This document shows positions 1 to 12,461 of a stretch of DNA of 64,000 bases, piece after piece. The translations under genes were made by a program, and so were the position numbers. The DNA lies in NCBI GenBank assembly GCA_977020255.1, contig CDROCS010000457.1:372001-436000 (forward strand). The letters are read 5' to 3'. Position 1 is the stretch's first letter. Each line of letters opens with the position of its first letter. The stretch is from Obrimoposthia wandeli (taxonomy: Eukaryota). The notes beneath the pieces were generated by a model that saw only the letters and a list, made by a program, of their open reading frames with translations, made no database searches and had not been told where the DNA came from.

Positions 1-1
1 T

Positions 2-354
2 GTAATAATAATTGATGATTTGTATCAGGAAGCTAACAAGGAATGGACTTTAATAATTAATTTACAAAAATTGCAAGACATCGTGAAGTAACAGTTATAT
101 TTATCAATCAAAATATTTGTATCCAAGGAAGTCATCATAAAACAAGAAATCTTAATATACATTACTTAGTATTATTTAAAAATTCAAGATATCAGACAGT
201 TGTAGATTTCGTGACACGACAAGAATTTCTCCAAAATAAGAACTTCCTAGTTGATTTATTCCATGATGCTGCTAAACAAGCACATGAGTATATATTTATT
301 GACCTTACACAACCTTGCACAGATGATTTACATGTTTTAACAGTTATTTTTTAA
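2..354 (+). pseudogene. A32/FtsK-like viral packaging ATPase, C-terminal part
   Basis: Frame 2 gives Walker B VIIIDDLYQEA. After a frameshift, frame 1 gives FTKIARHREVTVIFINQN...NIHYLVLFKNSR...YIFIDLTQPC, typical of Polinton ATPases. Confidence 0.85.
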
Positions 355-622
355 TTCTCGGAGAGAAACGGTTTATAAACAAACAGAGAACAATTATAAA
401 AAATAAATTTTCGATGCCTTTACGAAGTTGATAGTGAAACGTAAACGTAAAGTAAAGGCAAAGCCTAAGAAATAAAAAAAAATCATTAAAAAAAGAAGTG
501 TATAAATTAATCAAATCTGTAGTTTGAAGTAAAAAAAACTTAAATGTACTTTTTTTTAAATGAAGAAAATACAAAGAAGCATACCCTATTTTAAAGCTTT
601 GGTCAAAGCCTCTTCTCATAAG

Positions 623-888
623 AGAATGATTATTCTTAAAGCATTTCCATCTTTTGTTGTAGATGATTTATTGGAAATTTATATAATATAGTTTTGAGTC
701 GAGCAAAAATTTTAAAACAGGAAAATGTATTAAAGAAATATAGAAAAGTTCTTCAAGATATCGCTAATGTAAAATGTAAAAAAGGAAAACGAAATATTAT
801 TCTTAAACGGAATGGTGGTTTCATAGGGGCTGTTATATCAGTTGTAGGTTCAATTATCAGTAGTATTATAGCTGCGACACGTTCATAA
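623..888 (+). pseudogene. Small basic Polinton protein with C-terminal GGF + amphipathic helix
   Basis: ...LLEILYNI / LSRAKILKQENVLKKYRKVLQDIANVKCKKGKRNIILKRNGGFIGAVISVVGSIISSII with one frameshift; lies between the ATPase and integrase. Confidence 0.6.
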
Positions 889-984
889 ACAATTAATTCA
901 AAAATCAGCTAAAGATATGGATGCTAACCCTTTTTATCTAAATTTAAATGTTCTATATATTTAAATTGTTGTAATGAAGAAGAT

Positions 985-1957
985 ATGATTCAATCCAAAA
1001 GATACAATTGACTACACAGGAGTTTCAAAATTGGCAAAAAGAACAAAACAGAATTACAAAAAAACGCAGAAATGGCTGAACAATCAGTTAGCCTACAGTC
1101 TGAACAAGCCGATGAGAAGAAGGTTTCCAACTAGAGCATACAAAAGCAGTGGTTCTAATCATTTATGGCAAATGGATTTGATGAAGATGATTCCGAATTC
1201 TTCCATTAATAAGGGATACAGATATATTTGAACATGTATTGGTGTATTTAACAGGTTGGTTCAGTTTGCAGTTCCAATTAAAGCAAAATCTTCAAAAGCT
1301 ATGCTTGAAGCCATTAAATAAATATTAAAAGAGGATATTTCACAAAATGTGCAAACTTATTTTGGAAAAGAATTTTATAATCAACAATTTCAATCATTAT
1401 TTAAACAAAATAATATAAATCACTACTCTGTATTTTTGTAGTACAAAGCAGCAGTAGTAAAAAGATTTAATCATACTTTAAGAGATTAAATAAAAAGGTA
1501 TTTCAAAAAAGAAGGAAATAAAAAGTGGATCCAAGTTTTGCCTATAATCACTCTTAACATATAAGTCTCAATGGAATGAGACCTGTTGATGTTACTGGTA
1601 AAAACTCTATGGGTATTTGGATAGACAGCAATAACAAACAAAATGTTAGAAAGGCTAAATATAATAAAAACGAATATGTTCGAATTTCTAAAATTAGCTC
1701 TACTCCATTTTTTAAAAGTTTTGATCAGAATTGGATCGATTAAATATTTTGTATAAGTAAAATTGATCAAAAGAGTAATCCAATAAAGTATACTATTAAA
1801 GATGCTGACAACAATATCATTCAGGGTAAATTTTACGAGCAAGAACTACAAGTAAAAAATATTTAAATCTAAGGGTACTGGTAAATATAAGCAATACTTT
1901 GTTAAATGGAATAATTATTCAAATCCAACTTGGATAGCACCATCTAATATAATATGA
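985..1957 (+). pseudogene. Polinton retroviral-like (rve) integrase with C-terminal chromodomain-like segment
   Basis: TGVSKL...KWLNNQLAYSLNKPMRRRFPTR...HLWQMDL; GKEFYNQQF; KAAVVKRFNHTL; EYVRISK...FDQNW; IQGKFYEQELQ; QYFVKWNNYSNPTWI. Multiple stops and frameshifts. Confidence 0.9.
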
Positions 1958-2998
1958 AATCTTGTTAGGTTTTACCTAATAACGGATGCCCGAAAATCAG
2001 CCAGATAATGATGCTAGTAGCTTTATTATCGATTGGAAAAATCCTATAAATATCCAAGGAGAATGGGAAGGAGCTTTAACATAATTTTATTTTTTTGTTC
2101 TCCAAATACTATCAGAAAAACTCACATATTTCGTTTACAAAACAAATGACGTTAGATGAAGCAAATAATGTTGTGATTGGGTTTGAAGGTAAAAGAAAAT
2201 TATATTTCAATTATGTAGATAAAGAAGTATTATATAAAAATAACAAAGTTTTATTTAAAAATCTATTAGAATATTTTAATTGACATTTGAATCTAACAAA
2301 GAAGCTGTTCAATTCGGATTTGATAGCGAACATGCAGTAGGTAATAAGAAACAAGATATTGTATCATCCAATTGATTAGAAATGTTCCAGGCAGAGTAGC
2401 TAAACTGTTACTAGCTGAAACTAAATCTAAATATGTACTGAAACTGAAAATGTTTTCCAAAAATTATAAAAAAGATAGTGAAATGAATTTATGTAAATTT
2501 ATAATGAAGGAATTCAGTTAATTTTTGAATAAATGTATAACATTAAAAAATGGTAAATTGATGTTTACAGTAAAGAACAATATAAAACGGGTTTCATTTG
2601 ATGATAAATTCGCTAAAAACCTCGGTTATAAAATTGCTAAAAACGTTGATTAAACAGGAAATACCTTTGAAACACATACAGTAAAGACCATAAAAGCTAC
2701 AAATAAGGCAAAACCTTTAAATGTTGTTAATCATTTATATATTTATACTAGTTTAATAGAACCAACGCTTGTAGGAGAACTACGAGTTCCACTTTTGAGA
2801 ACAATATGGATTTCTCAAAATGAAACTAAAGATAGGGACGTTGTCGGTATGCGTATAGATCAACCAATGTATCTTCCAGTTGCTCTCTTTACTATAAACA
2901 ATATTGAAGTAAATATTAGAGATAATTCCAGACAATTAATAGATTTCACATACGGAGCCAAGATAAGTTTAACAATACATTTAAGAAAACGAAATGGC
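1953..2998 (+). pseudogene. Minor capsid protein (penton-like)
   Basis: N-terminal VLPNN..PENQPDNDASSFIIDWKNPINIQGEWE; C-terminal HLYIYTSLIEPTLVGELRVPLLRTI...PMYLPV...IEVNIRD...ISLTIHLRKR. Confidence 0.8.
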
Positions 2999-3341
2999 GA
3001 ATCCGGCAATAATTGAAGCTTATAGTCAAAGCCAACAAGTTGATAAACAATATGGATCTGGCTGGCTTAGCGCATTAGATAGATTTGCCTTTTCTCTTTT
3101 GAAAAGACTCTGGCGATTTATATCAAAATCAGGAAAGTACTACCTTTCATCGAGGGATAATAAATTAATACCAACTTTTAAGAATAATGAACTTGATAAT
3201 GTTTTACCTGACGTTGCTAATTTAATTAGAAAATGTAAATCAAGATAAATCCAAAGACGTAGAGAATTTAAACGTAAAATGAAGCAAAAAATTAATATAA
3301 ACAAACGTAAGAAGGTTGAAGGAACAATATTTGCAAAATGA
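2994..3341 (+). pseudogene. Small basic protein upstream of hexon (QYGSGW + amphipathic helix, Lys/Arg-rich tail)
   Basis: ORF 2994-3248 QYGSGWLSALDRFAFSLLKRLWRFI..., continuing past a stop into RRREFKRKMKQKININKRKKVEGTIFAK; overlaps the hexon start (AAAATGA). Confidence 0.6.
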
Positions 3342-3605
3342 GTTGCGCCAAAACCGAATTGTGTATTTTTGATAAACCACTTCCACAAGTAGTTGTAGAT
3401 AATGCTTCCTTTGGAGAAATAATTCTAGTTAACTCAGTTTCAGGAACCACTCTAAACGATGTAGAATTTAATATTAATGATTCTAATAGTGAGTTTTTAG
3501 ATTTGAATGATACTTTGCTTTATGTTAAAATAAAAGTAACAAAACGAGATGGTACTAATTTATCGGAAAATGCCGATTTAACACATGTTAATTACTTCTT
3601 TAATT
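3338..3605 (+). pseudogene. Major capsid protein (hexon-like), N-terminal ~90 aa, truncated
   Basis: MSCAKTELCIFDKPLPQVVVD...VEFNI...FLDLNDTLLYVKIKVTKRDG matches the Polinton/adintovirus MCP N-terminus (C.KSEL.LF...P.Q; LDL..T.LYVK.K). Confidence 0.85.
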
Positions 3606-4556
3606 TTTTATTTTAATGTACCATCCACCGCCAGTAAACTGCTCTTGTGCAGTTGTCTCAGGAAATATATAGATTTTTATACACACACATTCATGAAATT
3701 TCACTCCACACACATGCACGATTTTAAAAGACAGTGGTACCCCCGTGGGAGGGAGTGGATTAGATCGGACACATCCACCTACTAAGCTCCGTTGGCTGCC
3801 GATCATTACCAGAATTGAATTCAAGATCTACATATTATCACAAAATGTATTATCTTACAAAATCCTAAATATTTATGTGATCTTCTCGAATCTGATGCAG
3901 TGAGCATGTATATACATCTTAAGAGCAACGATGATGACTCTAGATTGATCAAAAAAATTCTCAAATAAGATACAGAGTGAAGGAATATTTTAAATTTAAG
4001 CTCTGAATATTTACAAAAATAGGCAGATGCATATTAAAAAAACTTTAACAAAAACAGGAAACGTTTTTGAGTAGTAAATCACAGATTAAATTACTGTTAT
4101 CGCTAAAATAAGTATTTTTAGTCACAAAGATGTTGCTAAAGAACATGAATATGTGTTTAAATATTAATTATTCTAGTAAAAATTGTATGAATTACATAAT
4201 TAATTGTATAAATTTCTTCCGTTGAAAATAAGATAAGAGTCTCTCAATTTTTGACGATTTCGATTTTATTTCATATTCGTAATTGGTGATCCTCCTTCTT
4301 TCATGTTATGGAACATTTTTTGAATATTCAAAGTGAAAATGTGCTAAATCTTGATGCACTTTACTGTATCTCAAAGTTTTATGCTAGTTTTGCAAAATTA
4401 GTCAACTCTGAGAGTTATTAAAAATATTCTGTTATCTTGTTTTCAACGGCAGAATTGTATAATCTATTTGTGTTTGGTCTTTTGTTTTGATCAATTTCTC
4501 ATAGACTAAATTAATCTATGTCTTCAGACACATACCCCACCTGATCACTGATACAG

Positions 4557-4957
4557 AATCATCTTCAACAGCAGCAGCACCAATCGGCACCGGTGGCTCA
4601 GCCTACCCAACCCCAGCGCCGCTGGTGGTGCCACAAACCCACCGCCAGTTCGATACTCCGCAACCAACGAGGCCTGGCGACCATCCTTGTTCTGCTATTC
4701 GTCTTTCTCTGCTGCTTTCTGCCGCCGTTCATATTCGAAATCTACCTGTTCGTCTGCTACAGCAACGGGGTTAAGGTCGCTTCTTTTGTCTTCTACAGCA
4801 CGCTGTTCATGCGCAATCTTCCGATAATCTGCACATTTCTTGACCCCATTCTCTACTCCTACCGGCTCAAGGATATCAAACTGGCCTTTAAGAAACTCAT
4901 CAGGGGGCCTTGCTGCTGCTTCTGCTCGCACCAGGCGGGTCAGTCCAGGCCACCGCC
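4557..4957 (+). CDS. Class A (rhodopsin-like) GPCR, internal exon: ICL3 end, TM6, TM7, helix 8
   Basis: RNQRGLATILVLLFVFLCCFLPPFIF (TM6, CWxP to CFLP); FLDPILYSYRLKDIKLAFKKL (DPxxY + helix 8); CCCFC palmitoylation cluster. In-frame stop at 4542, so the acceptor is at or after cag|4557. Donor cc|GTGAGT at 4958. TM1-5 exons are not found in the window. Confidence 0.85.
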
Positions 4958-5329
4958 GTGAGTTCTCGTCCTGACACCAACCATTGGGGAGGAATAGGGA
5001 TTTGATAACATCCATAAGTTGAGCTTTAAGATTTTTCCAATATTTAAGTATATGAAAATTCAAATATATATACACAGAGTGATTCAAAGTAACTGTTACA
5101 ACTTCAATTCCTACTAACTCAAGAAAGACATTTTGTATTAATAATTCGGCACAACTAATATCTGAAATTTCACAGAGAAAAATCATGTTTTAATATATAT
5201 TTGTTTAGTGGGCTTTTAATTATAACATGACCTCACCTTTTTATTCCCAAAGAAAGAGAAAAATCTCGTAAAGTTGTCTCGGTATGACGAAAATATCATA
5301 AGCTATAATAAGGAATGTATGCATACGCC

Positions 5330-6880
5330 CATCTTGTAATAATTATATACGCCTTTACTTACGATATGTTGACCACAGCAAACCTTAGCACACAAACTAC
5401 ATGAAAATATTGATTTATTGAAGCACTTATATCTGTCCGATTTTATTTGATATTGTCTTCTTTCATAAGTTTCAACAGATTTATCGGGTTTTGATCAAAT
5501 TTAGGTGTTTCTGGATAAAATATATATTTAAATTACATAAGTTTGTCACAAGCTTCAAAATAAGGTCTTGGCATATATCGACGATCCCGTCAGTTCTCGA
5601 TAAATTACCATGCATTGATAGCTGCTATATCAATGATATTAAAAATACTGTAATTGGTCATCTTCGAGATCATGTTTAAAATCTTCTTATTTGATCGAAA
5701 ATAACCATTCCAGCTTTGTTTTGATTATTGTATTCCACGGCTTACAGTAACAGCTTTTTCTTATTTTTGTCTATTGATACTGACTTGTGCATTGAACTCA
5801 TTAAATATAGAACTTATGTTTCGCCAGCCGCTTTTTTAACGGAACACGTTATATCATAAGACATATATATCAGAAAAAGATGTGGTATCTGTTTCATCAT
5901 TACATTTATCTGGAATTTGCGTCTGTTTTTCCTTTTAGTACCTAAAATAGATACTTCATTTTTACCTAGGTTTACAGCTAATTTCCAGATGGTAAAATAA
6001 TTGTCTCTAGTTACATGTAGCCTTAATTTCGAAGATCACATTAATCCTTTGATGTAGGATCTTTTATTAAATATGGTTTGGCATTGTAAACATAGTTAGT
6101 TAGAGCTTCAATAAAAAGCCAAAACTTTATGCCAAATTTATCGGGCTTTTATGGTATATACTGTGTAAATGGACATCGAGTTTTGCAGGGAAATAGTTTT
6201 AAAATTGGGAATATAACACTTCTGACAATTGTAAAAGAAGTAGTTCCCAATTTCACACCTTATTCAAATTTAGCTTTACCTTGTAAAGATTACGTCTTTC
6301 AATGTTGTCTAATCTCATGTGTTTCATAAACTGATTTCTAGTCATAGTTTTACAAAGATAGGACTCCTTTGCTTATTCCAAATAAATGAAAGAAGTGTGT
6401 GTTATCTAACAGAATACCTCAAGACAATAAACGAGTCTAAACGACCAATTGATATTTTATAGGTAGGATCATCTATTTTACTGTGAATAATGTTTTTTTT
6501 TTAATTCTTTAACATTGGCTTATCAATACACAGTCTAAACGCACAAAGAGGTGATTTTGTTCGATGAATAGGAAATTTTGTTGGACCTGGTGTAGCTGTA
6601 AAACATTTAATTTGGATGATGGACCAGATTTCGCTTTGCCTTATAAATTTGTTCATTCAACTCCAGATTTCGATACCAACTTCACAAGAGTTTCCTGATT
6701 TATATACATCTTCATTCACTGATTCATCTTCCTGTACATCTATGAGATTTGAAAATATAGTTTTAGTATTATTTCTGGCCATTTTGAAATATTTATGATT
6801 TTTGAATATATAAACCAATTTTCTTAATAAACTGTACTCTTTTTTTAAATAAGAATGATAAAATAATGCATCGGTCATTT
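5330..6880 (-). mobile_element. Decayed piggyBac-like transposase
   Basis: Minus strand CPFTQYIP*KPDKFGIKFWL (near 6170) and Cys-rich tail CSLCAKVCCGQH (near 5370). Repeated CGGTCA(T/C)TTTTGACT at about 6871 and 7011 resembles subterminal repeats. No clean TTAA-flanked TIRs seen. Confidence 0.75.
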
Positions 6881-8229
6881 TTGACTAATTTGGTATATAT
6901 ATGTATATTATATGGTAATTATCTGAATATGAAAAATTAAATAAAAGAGCAATTCTTTATTTGTTACAATTTTCTGTTGAATATTTTCAAATATATTTAA
7001 AAATCAAAATCGGTCACTTTTGACTATTTTGTATTTCTTCTGTTAAAATTAAAAGATATGAAATAATTCTGACACTGTACGATGATGTGAAACTAAACCT
7101 TTATTAAATGCATATGTAAATTGTTAAACAATATTCCTTAAATGAAAAGTTATTTTAAAATTATTGATTATTTATAACATCATTAATTAATTAATTTTAA
7201 ATACTGAGTAACTTTTGATATATATATATCCTTCAGATACCAAATAAAGAGAAAAGTGATTAGTATATACCGATTTTATGAGTATAGCTTTATTGAGTAC
7301 ATTTCTCTTGTATTTTAGAAAATTTTAAATTGTTTATATCAAAATCTGGTGCTAATAGAAAAGTGAAAATCGAACTTCCTGATTTAAAATCAGAAAATCT
7401 AATACCATTATTCAAGTTTTTATCTAATAAACATTTTCATATTTCGAATAATTGACTGCATATATAATGAAAAATTGTTATTATTTAGTTTATTTTTAAA
7501 AAGTAGATTTGTTTTTAGTGAAAGTAAGTGATGAATTAAACTATATCAGGTCGGTATTATCTAGTTATATAGAGGGAAATAGCTAGCACTAAAATGTAAA
7601 TGCTATTAAGAAACAAGATTTGCATATCAATGGTAAGTATGTTAATCGTAACTCCAGGGTTTTAGAAAATGCCCTAACAGTGACTAAAGTAGCTCAGAAG
7701 AATTATATTACAACAAATTGAATCGAGTTTGTAAATTGTTTTAATAATCTACTGAATCATAAATATATAGCCATATTATAGTCATCCTTATGTATTGTCT
7801 TATAGAAAAACTAGTAATTTTTTGAATAAATAAATATAGTCAGATTCTCATATTTACAAAAACATACTCAGTTCAGAGTTGGAATCGACCACCAAAAATG
7901 TTAAAATAATTAGGTTTGTTTCAAAATATTGTCTTTAAACATTTTCAAGAAGCACTTGTCAGCAATCTTTGGTGTAAATAAAAAATATTTATTCAGTTGA
8001 CTTATTTTTTTATTTTTGTGTAACAGACTTTGTAATTTATGCAAAATAATGAAAAGTTAAATTTTGGAATTAATTTTTTTTATTGATTAAATTTATGACT
8101 AAAAACGAATTACTGAACTAATGAACTATTTTTTTAATTCAAAGTAAAGTGAAAAACTTTGAGTTTAATAAGTCAATTAAAAGAGATTGAAATCATCAGG
8201 AAAAGCATCCACCACGAATAATAGCTTTA

Positions 8230-8680
8230 TAGACAAAAGATTCATATTTATGGGGCAATAAAAAGGTCTAAAATTCACAACTTGCTTGAAGTTGCGGTTT
8301 CTAAGAGTCTTCCTGTTGCCCTTGAAAATACCTTATTTGATTCTAGCTTCTGAACGTATGAAAAAACGTTTTATTAGGTATACTAATGATTTGGCAAGGC
8401 ATTTTCAAATTGCTTCGTGTGTCACAATTTTATATGCAGATGAAAATTATGACTGTGATAAGCTCAGCAATGAAAGGAAACTTTCTTACCAGTTACAAAC
8501 GGGTTTATATTAGACCAGCTGATTCAGTGTCTCAAATACAGAGAACAGAAGGGTACTTAGTGTATCTTCCTTGATGATCAAAAACCCTGCTTATCACTCT
8601 GACGTTTTCACAAAATGTTCAACTGTGCTCTTTGTATCTACTTATAAAAAGCAGTATCTTCGTGTTGTTGTATGTCCAAA
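8230..8680 (-). mobile_element. Decayed DNA-transposase fragment of a widespread invertebrate family (GYTKYPCFLC / LHIKLG / EAKIKEGIF type)
   Basis: Minus strand HQGRYTKYPSVLCI*D, HLHIKL*HTKQFENAL and SEARIK*GIF occur in the expected order; frameshifted. Confidence 0.6.
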
Positions 8681-9516
8681 TATACAATGAAGATTTACAT
8701 GTTAACAATATCTTTAATAACTGAGATTGGGAGAATTCAAAAGTACGAATTATTTTTATAATAATTTAAATAAGAGAATTTATTACATATATATTTATAT
8801 ATATATTTGCTATGTCAAATTTTTATACACTTGATATTTGAATAAATTTACATTTGCATTCTAGAAAGTTATCTGATAATTTCACATTTTGCTTAATAAA
8901 CATTTTTTAGTTATTTATAAAATATATGCTATTGGGTACAAAAACAGAATATATGTTTAACCAACACTATCGCCTATATAATAAATACTGCAATATAATA
9001 GTTACAGACAAAACTGGTTTAACGTGATTTCAACTTATTTGTCAAGTACATTGAGGCTCCTAAAACTTTCCCTGACATAGACCTATCATAATCTTTGCAC
9101 AGTCGTGGCAGGGGTAAATTGGCTAGTTTACATGCTAATATATATGTGCAGTCACTGATCCTTACTTAAAGAATGGGTTAGAAAACTAGAGCGCAGAAAT
9201 AAGAGCAAAGATCATTACATTAGTTGGTTAAAGTAGAATTTGCTCAAGATAATGGATGGTTCTTTGCAAAAATTGTGTATTTGTATTGACACAGCGCATG
9301 ATTATATCTATGAAGAATATTTCTAAATGCATCCACACAATTATTACAATCAACATCCGACAAAAATTGCATCTTTGTCTACTAGTAACATTTTAAAGTA
9401 ATAATGACTGTAATAATGACGGGAAAATTAATAAATTATACTTTTATATTGATGGATTGATTGATAAAAAATCTTGTGGGTGTTGAAATGTTGATGACGC
9501 TGCTTATCCGGTACAG

Positions 9517-10207
9517 ATTACCGCGCAGCCGCGTCAGACACAAGACGAGCCTGAATCCGCAGCGTCGCAAGCGGCGCTCCTTGTTGGTTGGTCTCATAGG
9601 CCCAGCTGCGACTGCAGAAAACCAGCACCAGCGGCAATCCTACCCTTGGCAGCAGCAACAGCCGGAACAGCAGTTACAACAGCAACAGCAGCGGCAAAAC
9701 GAGGCCGACACCAACACCAGCAACTCAGAACCGCAACCAGACTGGCGCAAGCTCAGTCCCACTTTTCTAGGAGATGCTCCAGGTGAGCCCAGTGTCGTGT
9801 GGTACCCCTGGCACTTCTCGCGCTGCCTGCCGCGCCGAGGTGAGCCACTGTCCGCCGCCGCTGCTGCTAGGGTACCCTGCAAATACTCGTACGACTCGCG
9901 AGTGGCAGCTGCCGTCGCCTACCACTACCGTCAGATGCCCCTCAATGGCGGCTCAGTCGAGAGCTCCAACACCAACATGACCGGCCTGAGTGGATCTACC
10001 AGCACCGCAGTACCGCCGGTCATTGTCAGTGGTCACAACCCCGCCAGCGGCAGTCTAATCTCGTCTGGGCCTGCAGACTCCTCTCGCAGTAAGTCCCTTG
10101 ACCAGGCCACCGTGATGGTCTCCTATGGTCCCCTGTCCCCTCCTCTTCCCGGCTACTTCCCACTGTTCCAGTTCCACAACTACCGCGAGGGTGACCCCAA
10201 CAAGTAA
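9517..10207 (+). CDS. Terminal exon, probably the long low-complexity C-tail of the same GPCR
   Basis: Acceptor ggtacag|A at 9516/9517 is phase 2, matching the phase-2 donor at 4957. Open to TAA at 10207; GC-rich like other host exons; poly-Q and Ser/Pro-rich. Confidence 0.7.
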
Positions 10208-11129
10208 CCACCACTAACACAGTCCCTTTCTACTTCCGCTGTGATTTATCTCCAGTTAAACTTATGACTTGTGACCAAACCAATCGATTACTTTTAACTT
10301 GAACTTGAATCTTCTTCTAGCTTCCTGGATCCAGCTTGGTATTAAGTCTGGGCTTGATTCGGTTTGAATTGGAAATGATTTTCAGTTTTCCCCGACAACC
10401 ACTTTGTAAATTAGCATTTTCATATTTTTGATTTATCAACATTTTTGATTTGTCCAAATTTAAGTTTTGCATTTCTTTTTAAACTTTGTTTGTCTTTTCT
10501 TTCTCCCTAACTTATTCCCCAGACAATTAATATCATAATTTTCTATAAAACTCGGAAGCCCATAGAACTCAGTATTGTACTTATTTTTAAAAATGTACTG
10601 ATCTTTATGCTCGTTAATAGGACGACCAAAAAAAATTATAAAATACTTTGTCAAACAAACAATATTAATTACATAAATGAGTTTTATAATCTGAACTCAA
10701 TTTTCAAAATTCTCTCCCATGCAAAACTCCAGGATGTTACTCAAAAGTCTGCAAAGGATTTAAAACATAGCCATTTGCACAGTCTTTAAAATGTAAAAAT
10801 GTGAAAGTAAAAATCACTAAGAGGGTTTTGTTGGTTAACTTCTAGAGAAATAATAAATTATAAACTAATGACAATCGCAAAGATTTTTTTAAAAAATAGC
10901 CATCATACATATTTGAAATAATAACAATATACTTAGTGCGTTCAATAAATACTGAGACAATTGCTATAAAAAAATTTCGCAACCTTGAATTTGTTTTTTA
11001 AAAGGGATATAATATTAAATATATATCGAACTATTTAAATATACAATATTATTATTATTAATAGTTTCGTTGAACCGGTAAGTTTATTTTTATAACTATA
11101 GATAATGTTTTAAAAAGGAAATGGAATGT

Positions 11130-11840
11130 GAGAAAGAAAATTACAGATTATTTATTGAAACCATGCGAAGAATAGGTAGAAGTAAAACTGAAATTTATGA
11201 TATGCTAGTATAGTCGTGGAAAGAAAAAGTACCTTCACATGCCACTGTTTTTTCGTACCTTTTAGGACTTAGAACAAGGCAAGCGGAAATCTTTTGATGA
11301 TGTTCATCAATCAGGAAGACCTCCAATTGCGAATATCCCAGCTAACGTGGCCAAAGTTAATGAATTAATTGTGGGAAATAGTCGTATATCAATTCGTGAA
11401 TTGGTCTTTGAAACAGATCTTATTGTTGGTACAATTTATTTTATCTGCACAAGGAGTTAGGCTTGAAATGTTTATGCTCGAAATGGGTTCCTCGTGTTTT
11501 AACTGAAATTTTTGAAAAAAAACATGTGCAGCTATGAAAACAATCTCCATATTCGCCTGACTTCAATTTATTGGATAGGTGGTTCTTTAGCTTATTTGAA
11601 TCCAAAAGAAATCATATAACTTTTGATTATTCGGAGGAATTGAAAATTTTTCCTTTTATATGCTTTGAAAGGGTTAACTTAAAATAAATTATTCATCATT
11701 ATGATAAATTATTGGATGATTTAAATGGTGTTCTAGCAGTATCAGGAGACTACTTATAATATCTTATGTATCTTTATTTATATATATTCTTTGTTTTATA
11801 ATAAAACTTGTTGTTTCATTATTTATTGAACACCCCAAGT
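11130..11840 (+). mobile_element. Decayed mariner element (transposase N-terminal HTH to WVPR motif, 3' TIR-like end)
   Basis: FDDVHQSGRPP, NSRISIREL, LCSKWVPRVLTE; ...TTTATTGAACACCCC.AGTA at about 11820-11841 resembles a mariner end. Confidence 0.75.
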
Positions 11841-12461
11841 ATTATTCAGACTGCAATATATTTGAGAAATGACAGAACAAAAAGTAATATCAAAATCATC
11901 GAGAGGGAAAATGACTTCAGTTTTTGCTTCAATTGTATATAACACATTATTCAAAGAAATTCGTGAAAATACCGATAAACAAATCTGCAAGAAGCAAATT
12001 AAATCACATTTATTGAATATGTGTTACTAGCAGCCGGAGAAATAAGAAATCGAAGATAAAGAAGTAAGGTATGACGATGTCGAGTTCGAGTAATAGTTAC
12101 GTGCAGTAGTTAAATGTATGTGTTTGAAATACAGGTTTATGTAGTTCAACTCTATTGTAGAATATTTGTACATGTGTTTTTATTGTTATATTTCGTGTCT
12201 TTCTTTATTCTTTCGTGTGGATTAATACGTATGTCAATTAATTGTTTCATTGACCAGAAATACATTCACCAATCATATTATACATATGTTAGGATTGGGA
12301 TTCTGATAATTATGAAAATAATTAATTATTTATACATTAAAATAAATCCTTGAAAGCAAGGTTAAATATAAAATAAAATTTTAAATAGAATTAAAATAAT
12401 TATAATAAAATAAATTTGGAAAATATTTAAGACCTTGAAAGGTCATGTTTAGTGTGCTATA

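Larger units (their letters stand above)
1..3605 (+). mobile_element. Decayed Polinton/Maverick (adintovirus-type) endogenous virus segment: packaging ATPase - small basic protein - integrase/chromodomain - minor capsid - small basic protein - major capsid N-terminus
   Basis: Six co-oriented gene remnants with family motifs (listed separately), each broken by stops or frameshifts. The segment runs off the window on the left and breaks inside the major capsid gene on the right. Confidence 0.9.

Noticed and set aside
3605-3830. Mid-GC island at the viral breakpoint as a possible GPCR exon
   Set aside because: No frame gives a transmembrane segment with compatible splice sites; left unassigned.
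4695-5186. 163-aa minus-strand ORF
   Set aside because: Shadow of the GPCR exon running into intron; no motif.
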